A stretch of DNA of 62,637 bases, counting the filler, from Choristocarpus tenellus KU-1152 (Eukaryota; Protista; Phaeophyceae), in the NCBI GenBank assembly GCA_964200185.2. It is 11 parts of 11 records of this genome, joined end to end, with 100 filler letters (N's around TTAATTAATTAA, not from the genome) between each part and the next. Parts side by side here need not be neighbours in the genome. Positions count along the whole stretch, not along the records: positions 47,839 to 51,843 come from CAXNAD020016703.1; positions 51,944 to 62,637 come from CAXNAD020002778.1; 9 more parts are not named here. One strand, given 5' to 3'. The position numbers and the translations under genes are program-made. Positions 48,093 through 61,399 of the stretch are shown here, in pieces (the stretch's first letter is position 1; each line of letters opens with the position of its first letter). The notes under the pieces are model-generated. The model was not told the DNA's origin, did not search any database, and saw nothing but the letters and a program-made list of their open reading frames with translations.

Positions 48093-48814
48093 TCTCATGG
48101 TGGATATTTTCGACCTACTGTTTGGTAGTGAAATTTCCTCAACCACATATGTGCCTATTGCTGTATAGAACTGCAGATTTTCATTCAAATCCTATTAACT
48201 ACAGCGATTCCGCAGGCCATCCACTTCTGTACATCAGATGGGCAGTGTTGGGTTTAAGGGCATTTGAGGACTGCACTGTGTTAGAGGGTCATCCACAAGT
48301 ATGATTGGTATGTTGTTTTTTTCTGTCCAGCTCTACAGTACTATAATACTAGAAGTATATTGAGTAGAGGCCTAGTCAAGAAGCGAATGGCCCATCACAT
48401 CCACCAACAGGCTGTGCAAGATCTGCACTGAATCAAAGTAGACAAGAGGTAACCAGAGTTGCATTTTAAGGATGTTGACAAATAGGAGCAAAGTTGGACT
48501 CCTAAAAAATTGTGTATAGCATATTTATTAGCTGAATTGTGTCAAACATTTTTGAACAATAGAGAAAGAAGCCCCCTCAAGTAAAACTTAGAACTTCATC
48601 AATACAAATATGGGTGAATTGCAAAAGATTAGAAAACAGGCTTAAAATGAAAAATGACCAAAACCTGGGTACCTCTCCTTTGCTTTGACTCACTCATCAT
48701 CCCCAACCCTAACTTCACCTATACCCATCTCCATTCTAATGCTACAGTGGCTCATGGAAGTCAATACATGGCACCTCATGGGTTATAACATAGAATGGGT
48801 ACAATATAACAAAC

Positions 48815-49860
48815 CTCCGGATGGTAAGATATATTCTGTAATAACGCTGGAGCGTTGAAGCTGCCAACAGCAACCGATGCTTCTTCCTTTGGGCCCAGCC
48901 TCAGACGATAGACTGGATTCTTGTTGCAGCTAGGCCCTTTCTTACACCAAGGCGAATGACCTCCGGCACAGCATCAATCTCACTGTGTGAGGGTTGCAAT
49001 ATTGGAGGGCATTGACGTTGCTTGTGTCATAAACCTTACAAAACATATCATATCAACGCTTGGTTCTTATCTTAATCCATTGTTTCTTGCTAGGGACGGA
49101 GATCATGAGGGTGCATGCAGCAACAAGAGTGGGTCCCTACTATATTGGAGGAGGGAACAGTCACCACTGATTGTCTGGCAGGAAGGGATACATAGTGTGT
49201 TTTTTTTCCACGGAAGCATTTAAAGTATCATGAGAGTTTGAGCAGGTTTATCGAATATGACTGGAAAGAAGGAGAGCTAAGGTATGGTTCTGAACAATGA
49301 ACTACAAAATCATAAACGAAATCATCAAAGATCTATACAAAACACTTACTAAATGAAAATATACTTACAATGCACAATCTCAGCAAGTAAACATATGAAA
49401 TTCCGTTTAAACCAAAACAGTTGAACACAAATCAACCTCCTCATTGGTAGAGCTGCTAAGTCCTCACTTGGGTTGACAAGAAGAGCCAATGTACCTCTTG
49501 ATGGAGAACGCTCCAAGGACATGGGGGTTGAAGTTTCTTCACATATACTTTCGTGCTATGGTGAGTACAGGGCAGGGGATTTTTGGAACAAGGGATGTAT
49601 AGTGATCGGTGTAGTTTCAATGCAGTAAGATATGTCACTCGATCATGTGCCTGGAGGGACAAGTGCCTGAGGGAGAGGTAACGAAAAATCTCCAAGCTAT
49701 TTCCTCATCCCCGAGTCATTTTCCTAATGAAGTGTTAGTCTCGAAAACTTTCACTTGCGGCAAAAAGTTGTGGTTCCCATCTCATTTTCCTCTGTCTATG
49801 TTACCCTGAGTTGCAATGATTTCCACCTGATGATGACGGGATTGAACGCTCCTCATTGTT
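48815..49860 (-). pseudogene. Disrupted IQ calmodulin-binding motif gene fragment
   Basis: AATRIQSIV*GWAQRKKHRLLLAASTLQRYYRIYLTIR shows two IQ motifs, with TGA (48901-48903) at the conserved Arg. Donor at 48814; the upstream exon-like frame carries further stops. Confidence 0.6.
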
Positions 49861-52800
49861 TATGCCATACTACTAGTAGTCTCTTTCCTTGAATATTGTA
49901 CTCTAGAACATGAACATATCAGTAACGTGGGCATATTCTCACTATTTAGGGTAACAGTTCTTCCAAACGTGTCGAGAAAGTGTGCTGTGATTGGGGTGCA
50001 GGTGTATAGGCACATCATTTCTACAAAGTACAGTATTTCTCTAGGAAACGCTTTCTTGACTAGAAGGAGGGAGAGGGGAAATACAGAGTTATGCTTTAAG
50101 CACCCTGGAGTAGAGTGCAATAGAGGTATCACACTTTGCTTCGTTCTCATTCCCATTCGCTGGACTGCTTGAATTGTATTATTGATTTCAAGATGGAATA
50201 CTTCTGGCACGGAATCGTGAAAGAAAGGAGAATCGAATATTTTTGGACGACCTATTCTGGAACTCCAACGACAATAAACAAGGATTGCTGACTGGGTCCG
50301 TAAGGGCAGGAAGTAGGCGCCATGGCTCGGCCCTGGGACTGCGGCTGTGATAACCCCCGTCACCTTAAGCACGTGCCCCCCAAAAATTGAATCCACCAAG
50401 GAGAATCGAGAGATCGAGGCGATGTTCAAGGTGCCCATGTTCTCGATTCAGCTTAGCACGAAAAAGAGTGAGTGCTGTCCACACCCAGCTCGACAATCAG
50501 TTTACTCCAGATCAGTAGCACTGTACGCTACTAATAGTTGATTCTAATCTTTCTGTTTAAGTTCAGCATCATCCATGACAACAAAGAAAAGTACTGCTGA
50601 AAGCTAGCACTCCTCGGCCCACATACCCGGATCAATTCGACAAGGGACAGGTGCGGGACTTAGGGAGGCACCCGACCACTGTAACTGATCCATTCCTATC
50701 GATCCCACCGGTCCATTTCAAGATCAGCATCAGGTAGATGTTTAACAGCGGTGCGGGTCAAGGAGGTATCGAAAAAAGATATCCAGCATTGACTTTAGCT
50801 TACCTTCCAGGACAGCTCTATGTGACGATATATTGCTGAGATACATGCCTTGAGCGTCTCCAGGCATCGAACATTTACCTAGCACCCTGGCGCCGACTCT
50901 TAGTGTTGTATAGGGCTAGGGAGAAGGGAGCGCCGCTGAGTTGAGCCTCTGCCTTTCACCCTATTGGTGCTTTTGACTTACGTATGTGATTCATCCTGGT
51001 GAGAGCAAATTCATGAAACGCTTTCGAGTCCAGGCTTTTTGCCGTTTCTGTGGAAAAGGTATTTCGCCGATTCTTCCGTGTCCAGGAAACACGCCTACAT
51101 CTTTGGATCATAATTGGCATGGCTCTCCGCCTGGCTCACTTGCCAGCTGACCTCCGACACACTCGTTAGAGGGCACTCAAGGGCTTGAATTTACACTTTA
51201 TAACCGAGCTTGAATTGCTTCGAGCGTGGAGGATACGAGTTTCATCGCATCCAAGGCGTTGTCCGAGGTGCTCAAGGAGGTGAGAGTCAGCCATTGTGCA
51301 TCGGATTCCATCGAGGTTGAGTTTGGAGGGCGATAGTTTATTGAAGGCGTAATTTAGCACATATCGAAGCACCTTAGGCATACAATAATTGTTTTTACCT
51401 TAGTGTGCGGTGTGGGTGCAAGTGTGTCAAGGAAACCCCAAACCTACATTGCAAGGACTACTGTAAATACATCAACAGTAGCTGTCATCAGTGCTAAGAC
51501 ACCTTCCTCAGACCATATTTTTCTATTTGATGCTGGGAGTGATTTACTGCTCTCCAAATGTTCCTTCCCTTTGGAGAACCATGGTTCTTCACAAGTGGTT
51601 TTCTTGGAGACAATATTGAACAGTACAAGTGTGTATGGTTGAACTATTGAATCAGTACGTTTCAAGGCTAACATGTTAGGTTTTCCATTGCCTGACCTCA
51701 CAGAAAACGTGCCATCCAAACAATCTCACTTCCTCGCTCATGTCCAAAGCGAACTCGTTCCCCTTGGAGAATACCTTAATGCTGTTCGATTAGACTCTTC
51801 CAACTCTATCAGACAGTTACGGTAAATTATTTATGGAGTAATGNNNNNNNNNNNNNNNNNNNNNNNNNNNNNNNNNNNNNNNNNNNNTTAATTAATTAAN
51901 NNNNNNNNNNNNNNNNNNNNNNNNNNNNNNNNNNNNNNNNNNNTAGCAATAAAAAATAAACAAATGAATAATGCGGGAAAATAACACTTCTTCTCAGTCA
52001 GTCAGCCATCCTTAATGACAATGAGACGCCGCCCCGAAAAAAACTACTTTGAAGTACTATTATTCTCTACCACCGCCACCATCGACAGTCAAACGACTCC
52101 ACCGACCGCACAAATTATTCAAGCAAGCAAGTCAACGCAGGGCATACATGTACACGACGATCAAACGAAATCGTTGCCACCCCTCACACACTATCCTACT
52201 ACCACCTTCATCGGGATGGATTCCCATTCGTAGCGGGGCCTTCCAAAAGTGCCGCAACATTAAAAAAAAAAGATATGTGCACTTTCCGCACACCAATCCG
52301 CGTCTCGCTCATCCTCAATAAAAAGCTCCATCCTCAATTTTGATGATCGGCTCTTAAATGTTGTGTAAAAGACTGCTGTAACACGAAATGTTCCATAAGG
52401 ACACAAAATACTGTGCCATAACACGAAATGTGTCATAGCACAAAAATGTTTTGTTATGTGGTTAATTTATTGACACAAAGTGTTTCCAGCGTAACATGAT
52501 GTTATATCACATTTTGTGTTATGACACAATATGTGGTACATTGAAAGGGAAACACTATGTTACGCCCTTAACACTGATGATCAGAATATATGGACAGTGC
52601 ATAATGCCTGAACCACTCCACTTCAAAACATATACAACGGTGTATGTATTACCAGTAACACCTCCAGACGAAATCACACGTAACGCATGTTAAGTACGTA
52701 ACCGTTTTCGAAAAAGTCTAATACGAAGTGTCAACATGGTGTTACAAAAAGTGTAACGTTGTCCAAGGTGTGAAGTATTGTGGTAAGGATTGCTCAAGAA

Positions 52801-54125
52801 TACAATAAAGCCTAAAAGTGGAAAAGATGTAACACACTATGAGTATATGGCATGAATTACGACTTCATGAATCTCTACCTGATGTCTCCCCCTGAAAGTA
52901 TTTTTCTATAGCCTTCCACCTTCCTTGCAGAGAGATGAGTCATATATGGAGGTCTTTCGGTACGATTTTATTCTCTCCTTTCCATAGTCACTGCTGTGGT
53001 GAGTGGATTGTGGAAATTGAAACCTCCATTCAGGAGACTGCCCACTTTAATATATTTGGACCAATCTGAGATTCCTTCCACAGATCTCAAAGTACTTCCT
53101 ATTGTATATGCACCCATCTCCGAACTCAGTGTCACAGAAGAACATTTCCCGCTTTTGCGTGTTGGGAGAGCTTTGTATTCATTGGACATACTATCCACGC
53201 CGTACTTTGGTCATCAACCACACCTTCCTTGAAGTGCAGTATGTATTTCTATATTTACATTATGTATTGCAATATGAGGAATAAAACTAGGGATTTCTGC
53301 TTCTGCTCCTGCTATTAATATACACTCAGATCCACTAATAGTGCATGAAGTGTCCACCCACCCACCCGTCTATCCTGCAACTACAACTGGGGCGTGACAA
53401 ATCACAACTAAAGTTGTGTCATGTCGCCACACTCACCAATCTCATGCATACAAAAATGAGATCAACTATACGATCATCACAACCACTGCAGCAAGTATAA
53501 TGACCGGAAAAATGCCAACACACGTTTCCTTCCTCAACGATTTGGTTACAAAATCGCCTGAAACAGAAGTGCTTAATTCGGGCAGCTAGTTCTCAGGGGA
53601 AAGGAACATGGTTTCTGTCCGAAGTCATGTCAGTCGGGAAGGGTGTGTGGGGAAGGTGGGTGACTACAGCGGGGGATTGTCACCAAAAACAATCAACCCA
53701 TCATATGTGAATGTTTTCTCACTGCTGATGTTGGAGCTTGTCTAACTCCACGCAGCAATCTCCATCCCCATTCATAGATAACACGGGCAGCAAAAGCTCA
53801 AAAAGATCGACACAGAGACGTCTATAAGAGGAAAGACGAAATAAGTGTCTTGCCTGACACCCCCACCCACAAAAAGGAAAAAAAAGAATCAAGAAAGAAA
53901 AGAAAAGAAAAAAATCACTAGACCACTCTTCAAATGCGCCCTAGGTTCCAGTGGGAAGGAGAGAAGTCATGGTTGCATGTCTAGATGTGCGTCCTCCCAA
54001 ATTCTAACCTTGCAATCGGCTAACTAGTTGAGCTCACGGCACCTGCCAGGACCCCTCTCCAGCATCCACCTCCTCAAACTAAGTCTACAGTACAGCAGCA
54101 GGGTTGTGTGACCTGACCTGCTGCT

Positions 54126-57100
54126 CTACACCGATGGCTGCCTGAACATGGACTGCATACGCACTACTTTGATGTGACGTGATACATCATCCAACAAAAA
54201 ACACATCAACAAAAGCACATTATTGCAGGCATTGCATTGACTGTTTGGTGCCTTGCTATACACATTACAAAAAAAATAAATGAAGGCATGACACGCACAA
54301 ATGCACAAAAACCAGCACACAGCAACCATAGTATGCATGCGCGTGCGCGCGTATCCATGAATACACACGCACTTCCACAATCAAGTGAGAACAAACAAGT
54401 ATGCGACAAAACTTGACACCACATACGAACCTCTCCCAACCTCAACACTACTACCACTACTCTTTACAAAAACATTGTCCTTCCCACCCCCCCCACCCAC
54501 TGGAGAGTGGGTTAGCTTCTCTAAGTGGTAATCAATGGATACACCGTCTTCTTAACCATACCAATGAAGTGCTGCACCCCACTTGAGTCCTAATTGCCCA
54601 CCATATCCCTCATGCCAGCAACTCCCCTAGTTTTTGGCTCTAGAACAGGGTTCCCATCCCATTCCCGATCTCCACCTCACTCACCTGTCCCTTCTCCACC
54701 ATTGCCAATGCCTTCATTTCCAGGGCTTGTGACTTGTTGCCAGGGGGCAAACGAGGTGTGTCGATTGATGCCATTAGGGGAAGAAGGATTGGCGATATTT
54801 AAGGAACCAAACATTCTCGTTGTCCCTTGCTGGCTCAGATTGCCTTCTCCGTGACCTAGCCTATTGTTACTATCTGTGCTATGGGCAAAGTACCCTCGAA
54901 GGGAGTTCATGTTGGTGTTAACGTCAGCATTAGTTGGTGTTGAGGTGATGCCTGTTGATGCTCTCCTGGTCACAGGGCTGAGGGAACCATCCGATCTCCT
55001 CTGACCACTGAGGGGATCTGTCATACAGCTAAGGTTGCCATTACTCATACCAATCTGTGAAAATCGGGAGTTCAGGAACGTTGTGTGTGTCAGGGTGGGA
55101 CGGCTTATGAAGCATGAGAGGAGACATAGGGGGGTAAGGAAGAGAGATACCATTCACTTCCACAATCATAAGAAGAGGAGGGAATTGCTGGGAACAGAGA
55201 AATATGATCAGATCATCCGCTTGTGTACATATGATTGTATTAGAGAGACATTCATCAATTCGGACACTTTTGCAGGTCACTATTTTACAGGATTGTTTGA
55301 TATATGAACATGCAGTGACTACCTGTCAGCAGGAGGGACACTGGAGTGCAACTGGAACCTAAAAACTCAAGACCAACTATGCTGCATATCACACCGTACC
55401 TTAAGTCTCAACCAAGCCTTTACTCATAAAATCGATCCCTTAAAGTGCAACAACAAACATGGTAGTAAGGAGAACAGAGTGAACACCTGCACAACCGCAT
55501 TTACTCATTTGCCAACCCAACCACCTACCGATTTCATCGCATCCATGCTGTTGGACCTGCGATAGTAAAACTTAGCCTGGGTACAAAGAAAGATCGAGGG
55601 AAGCGAAGTGTGGGAGGAGGGGCGGGATTGAGGTTAGGGGGGAGAGGAAGACAAAGGGTGTGAGGCCTGGAAGTTGGTAATGTCTGAATAAATGCAACAG
55701 CACACATTCAACGACGATGCACTGTAACATTTCACCAGGAATGTGTATCACTAATACATACTCTGTTTCACAAGCATTGACTGTTTGACTGGTATCTTTT
55801 TAGGAAGTCTCCGATGAAGAAAGAGGTAACATTTTTGAAATCCTTGAAACTATTTACACAAACTAAATCCTCTGTGATGTCGGAGTCCCTGTTCATCAAC
55901 AAGATCAGAGCCTTAGAGTAGGCCTCCTGGCTGATTTTATCCTGTTTGCGCACTTTCCCGCCCTCTGGGCAAACTCAGTCCTGTGGTGTGGAGCCTTGAA
56001 GTTGTTGCTCCCCCTGGTCAAAAGCATCATATTGTACTACATCTTGAACAGGTCCTGTCACACAATTCTCAAGAGTTGCAGTGTCTTCAAGTCTGGTGAC
56101 TGCTGAGGTTGTGTTCAAGACTCGACATGAAACCCGCTAGGATACCCTGCACCAGAAAGGAATTCTGTGTTACCCTTGCCTGTGTGGTGACTGGCACCAT
56201 CCTGCCGAGCGACCACTAAGCTCTTCAGTATCCAGGGGATTTTGTGCTTGATTGCCAGGATGGATTTCCACGTTTACCAAGTCTTACACCAAGCTACGTC
56301 TACGGCAACACCACATTAATACTCCTTGACCATCTCCCAGTTCTTCCTCTTGCACTTGGTCTCCTCAACAATGTACACATGCCAAATTCCGATCTTTCTG
56401 TCAAAGCTTTTGTATAGATCCGGCCACCTGTTTGCCACGACAATCATGCCTTCGGGGACGTGACCCTTGTATCAAAGTTTTGGATCATCACACATGCCCT
56501 CCCCAAGAACACACAAACTTTTTTGCCGCCCCTCATCAGGTAGAACCAAGTCTCCTTGAGGGGAACCACATCGAACATGTCCTTGAAGGTGCTGTGGTGC
56601 CTGTCGACCTGATTACACACAAATTTGACCCTGAGGGCCTTCTTGTGTTCCCAAAGTTTCAGTTTGATCAAAAAAATATTTCTTCTTGACCCCCATCTTG
56701 TTCAAGTGTTCAGCCACTGAAATATGGTTGCATGGGCCCTGGTCTGTGATGCTTTTAATATTGCTTCAAAATTCCCTGTTGGCCACTTGAAGTTCAAAAT
56801 TAAGCACAAGACTCCACAGCTACATATGTACGCTTAGCTGTACATAACGAAATTTTCCATAGGTAGGCACAGACCCCTCCCCTTAGCACAGTCCACCCTT
56901 CTAGTTTGGGAAACACCCCCCCATGCATTTCCTCTCGGTGCTGCTTGAGCACTGTACCTGAGCTTAATGGCGTAAGTAATTTTCCTCTTTTCCTCCACGA
57001 CAGCCTCATGGCCTCCACCCCCCCCTGCTGTTTCTTTCCTTTTGGGGCTACTGGGGCACAGTGAATACTAACTAGCTGTCAGAGCTTTCCCTCCTCTTCC

Positions 57101-60100
57101 CCCCCTGACCAAATCCCCTCCCCCAATACCCCAGTCACAGTATTGTACCATGCAGAAAAATGTGATTGAGGGCACGACAACAATCAACAGGCTTTATCCT
57201 GCCAAAGTTACTCAGCCAGGTACCCAAAACGATGTTGTTTGGAGGTGCTAACCATCATGCCAAAAAAAATATCAAGAAAAAAATAAATCGAAACGGCACG
57301 CTCGATCTCACTCCCCACAAGTCCCCCCCCTACAAAGTTTTTCAACTATTTCACTCAACTCCACCAGAAAGAAACCCACCACCTAAGGAGATAATACTCA
57401 TGGTCCAGAGGTAGACAAAACAGTTAAAAGAAAGTAAGCCACACCACTGAGTTAACCAGGCAAACGTAACTTAGCAACAGTCTCACCCTTCCCCAGATTC
57501 CCATCCCAATCCAATCTAAAACCAACCCTTTTAACTATGCTAACAAGACTCACCATTGATGTTGACTTCACAATAGGGAAATCTGGAGATGCCTGGTGTG
57601 CCCCCATGCTGCCTAGATTATCTGCAGAGCCCACTGGAGGGAACGTCCCTGCCCAACCCTGGTAGCGTGGTGAACCACACAAATAGAAATCACCTGATTG
57701 ACTGATGTCCACTCCCTGACATTAAACAAATAGTTAAATTGAGGATTAATAATGTACAAGAAAGGAGGGGAATGGGGGGGGGGGGATTCAAACGCACACT
57801 GGTGTCAAAACCTCTTCAATTTTTTATATTAAGACGAATTAGAGCAGGTACAAAGGTTCATTATTCCGACGCTACAACCGATAACCAGAACATTTTATAC
57901 CGTATGAAAAAAATAATGAAAGCTTGCTTCTAGGGGTTCAATTTCACATACAGCGCACAGGACTCAAGTTTCTTCCAATGCTCCAAACTAGGAAAGGAAC
58001 GAAGGCGCAACCCCCCTGTCTACCTCCTCCCCCCTGATTCTCTCATGCCCCCACCCTGCAATAACACACCTGGGTTAGGGAAGAGAGTGACCTGTTGGAA
58101 CCTTTGTAGCGCGAGTCCTCCCTGGATGGCCCCTGCAAACAAACGTACACAGAACAAAAAAAATGACATACACCGAGGTGGGCAGACAGAGACATAAGAC
58201 TAAGTCTTAAGACAAGTTACATGTTCTGTTCGATCAGGGTTGTATCGCCCTCTTCACCTGCTGTTCTAACAAGTCTACGTGGAAATGAAAGAGCGCCTCA
58301 AGGCATGCATGGGAGTTTCCAATTGAAGTAGGATCGTAGACTTCACCGCTTTCTAATTGCTCAATACTCCGAAGGATAATACTGTAAACATCATGCCCCA
58401 TAATATCATTATTTGACCGAACATAGCTCCAACATCATTAGAGTGTAATACCGCAAATGTCATGCCACATAAATATCATGATCTCACTGCACAAATCTCC
58501 AACATCATTATTGTACTGATTTCAAGGTCTTGTGAAAATTTGTAACAGTAGAGACGCACATCAAAAACCAATTCAGTTTTTACGTTTACAATATTTAATC
58601 TCTTTGCATATAATGTATAGTCATGAGAGCCATTAAGGCTTAGCTATTAAAGTATATCCGTCTACTGAATATTTCAAGAATGAGAAGAAAAAAAGGTAGG
58701 AATTTGCATCATTATACACAGAATCGAGTTTTTGAGGCTCTCCTTTCTCATCCATAACGGAGGGAGCCTTGGTTTTGAGAAGAGAAATCCGAACATATGA
58801 AACTCCACCCTAAACAATCTTTGATCATTAAATCTGGTACACAAAGTTGTCATTCTTCTTCAAAGGAATTCTGTATATAGGGCTATCCTAAAGGGTGTTT
58901 AGTTGAGTATTTGGGATTCCTGTGATTCCCTTCTGGTACACTCAACTAAACTATTTGGGAGAACTGGTGATAATAGTTAGTGATACATAAGAAAAGCACA
59001 TACTATATCAGGTGTACGTATTATCCAAATATTTTTGGGAATTCACCTATCTTTTTTTCATGGCATCGAATACTTGGAATCCGGTTTATTGTGGTGTGGA
59101 TTGCCCTAACTAACCCCATCTCAACCATACAATAAAAATTTATAGGAGTTTCAATTTGAAATACCTCAACAAAATACACGCCATTATGCTGTCCCCCTCC
59201 TGCCATGTTTTAGGCCAGAACAGATTTACTTACCTTGCATCAATGTCTCCAACTTCCCCTCAAAAAAAAAAATACACATGCCAATAGAAACAGTCAGCCA
59301 ATACTACATGCATGAAAATAAACCATTGAAATACTCAAAGTACACAACAAAAGCACAACAAATGGATACTAGACCTACACCTAGTACATCCTCAACCTAC
59401 AGCCTCAACACCCTAACCCTAACCATAACAATAATTTTTTTCTTGTAACTTTTACCTCTTCAGACAAAGGCATGCCAAACGGCAGTGGAACCTCCATGTT
59501 CAGCCCCACATCACCATCACCTCCCCCCTCAGATATGGTGCTGTCCCCACCCAATGACACCCGAGACCCAAAGGAGGCGTGGGGATGGATGGAGCCTACA
59601 GCCATGGGCTGCTGCAGTTGCCCTGCTACTCCTCCTCCTCCTCCTCCTCCTCCTCCTCCATGGTGGTGTGGCATCACAATACTAGGGTCTGTGACTGTTG
59701 TCATAGAATCAGTCAATTTCCATCACCACAGAGGACAGAAAGACCCACAACCATGCCCACCCCGAACACATTGATACATTGATACATTGACACATTGACA
59801 GGCAGTAAAGTGACATTATGGTTAGGTACAGTGCTTGGGTTGGTGGAAAGACTAGTAGCAGATGGGGGGTTGGGACAGAGATGTGAGACTAGAGGGTCTG
59901 TGCATGTAATATAACATTCCACATTCCAAATTGAAACCGCAGTGATAGAAATAGTGTTAGGTATGGGTGGTAATCTACAAAAAAACAAACTTTTGATTTC
60001 TTCAGACAAAGGTTAAGGCGATCATAATCATCCTGTCCGAATTAGCTAGCAGTGATAACCCTAACCCTAACCCTATGGAACAGTGTTTGGGATAAGGGTT

Positions 60101-60888
60101 AACATGCTAAGATGTAAAACACAGAGTCGCCCAATTCGAACTAACTTCCAGGGGAGAATAGTGCATCAGAGAACCAGAACGGGGACAAATAGCAGGACAC
60201 AATTGACACAATTGACATAATTTACATAATTGGCACAAAACATACACATACATTAAAATGTGTACGAGGAGAGGGACGAGGGAAACTAGGAGTAAATCAG
60301 TACGCGAAAGATTCATTTTTGAAGGTTGTCAGTATAAAATTGATGAACAAAAAACACCACACTAATCACTAACCCTAACCCTATCTTCACGCATGCGAGG
60401 GATCCAGAGGATGAACTAATCAACTAACTATAGTTAAGGTGGCACTGTACTGCAAGTAATTTTCTAGATAAAATCGCGCCTGGACCAGTCACCACTCCAC
60501 CACTCCACCACACCATTCAAGACCACTCAAGACCACTCCACAATCATCCAAGAACCCCTTCACCATCCCCTTCCTACCGTGCCTTTGAACTAGAAGACAT
60601 CTAACCCGCCCGAACTTGACCTCCCCTCCCACCCTAACATCCAAGTCGGACGTAACTTGAACAGAACAAAGAAAAAAAAGACCTCTACACTAAAAAAAAG
60701 AAGTCATCCCTTCCCAGACCCCCTTTCCCTTTCCCCCCCCCCCCCCCCCCCCACCCCGTCTTGCCCCAGGTGTGAACTCACTCACCATTCAAACCAGATA
60801 GGTTAACAAGGGATCTCGACGTGTAGAAACTTGGGACTCTTCCTTTCCGAGAGAGGGACTCTGAGACCGGGAAGTGTGCCAGGCGGGC
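54126..60888 (-). CDS. 3' part of an unknown protein with a low-complexity C-terminus; exons 60888-60786, 59694-59456, 59252-59234, 58132-58092, 57715-57554, 55576-55529, 55054-54685, 54166-54126
   Basis: ARLAHFPVSESLSRKGRVPSFYTSRSLVNLSGLN|VTDPSIVMPHHHG(n)...PLSEE|LETLMQG|AIQGGLALQRFQQ|GVDISQSG...KSTSM|AKFYYRRSNSMDAMKS|IGMSNG...GEGT|VVRMQSMFRQPSV*. All eight exons join in phase with GT donors. Confidence 0.75.
56030..56900 (-). mobile_element. Degenerate Tc1/mariner transposase (plant/oomycete DD39D-like type) inside an intron
   Basis: Motifs in shifting frames: KKALRVKFVCNQV, FKDMFDVVPLKETWFYL (cf. MxDVVHxDEKWFY), FDRKIGIW, RQDGASHHTG (cf. QQDNAxPH) and TQPQQSPDL (cf. QPPNSPDLN). Confidence 0.85.
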
Positions 60889-61399
60889 CTTCTCAAAGTT
60901 TTAATTTTGGACACGAGGACAAACAGACAGGCAAACAGACAGGCAAACAGACAGGCAAACAAAAGAGTGAGTGACTTGACGGGGTTGGTTGATTTGCTGC
61001 ATGAAGACTTGGAATGGGTTGCAGTCTTCACGTAGAGATGGAATGGGTGGGAATTCCAAAATGGAGGATGGGGAGGTTACATAGAAGTTACATAGATACG
61101 GCGATAGAATATAAAAAATATAGTAGAATTTTTGGGGGAGGAAAGCTAGTAACTCAAAGTACAATGTACAGCTGCAGGTAGCATATAATTCTGCAAACAA
61201 ACCAATCTTCTCTCAAGAAGTTACCAAAAATAGGCAGGGCGGATGGAGCCTCCGTCAGTCCACCCTTTCCCTCCTGACCTCACCACTCCCAACCTCAACC
61301 AGATAGTGGCCCTCATCTTGTTCACGTCAGGGCCTAAATGGACATCCTGGTGTAGACCCCCTCCCCTCCCCCCAGATATTGAAAACGTCACCTGATGCC

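Noticed and set aside
7250-48903. Stop-codon reassignment suggested by in-frame TAA and TGA
   Set aside because: VPS2 ends at TAG at its expected C-terminus, and conserved exons contain no internal stops. The interrupted cases are better explained as pseudogenisation or truncation.
40060-51843. Endogenous giant-virus segment in the gene-poor contigs
   Set aside because: No long intronless ORFs or recognisable viral hallmark motifs (capsid, PolB, A32 ATPase, D5 primase) were seen.
5402-51943. Regularly recurring TTAATTAATTAA palindrome as a biological repeat or array
   Set aside because: Always flanked by exactly 44 N on each side; it is an assembly concatenation linker.
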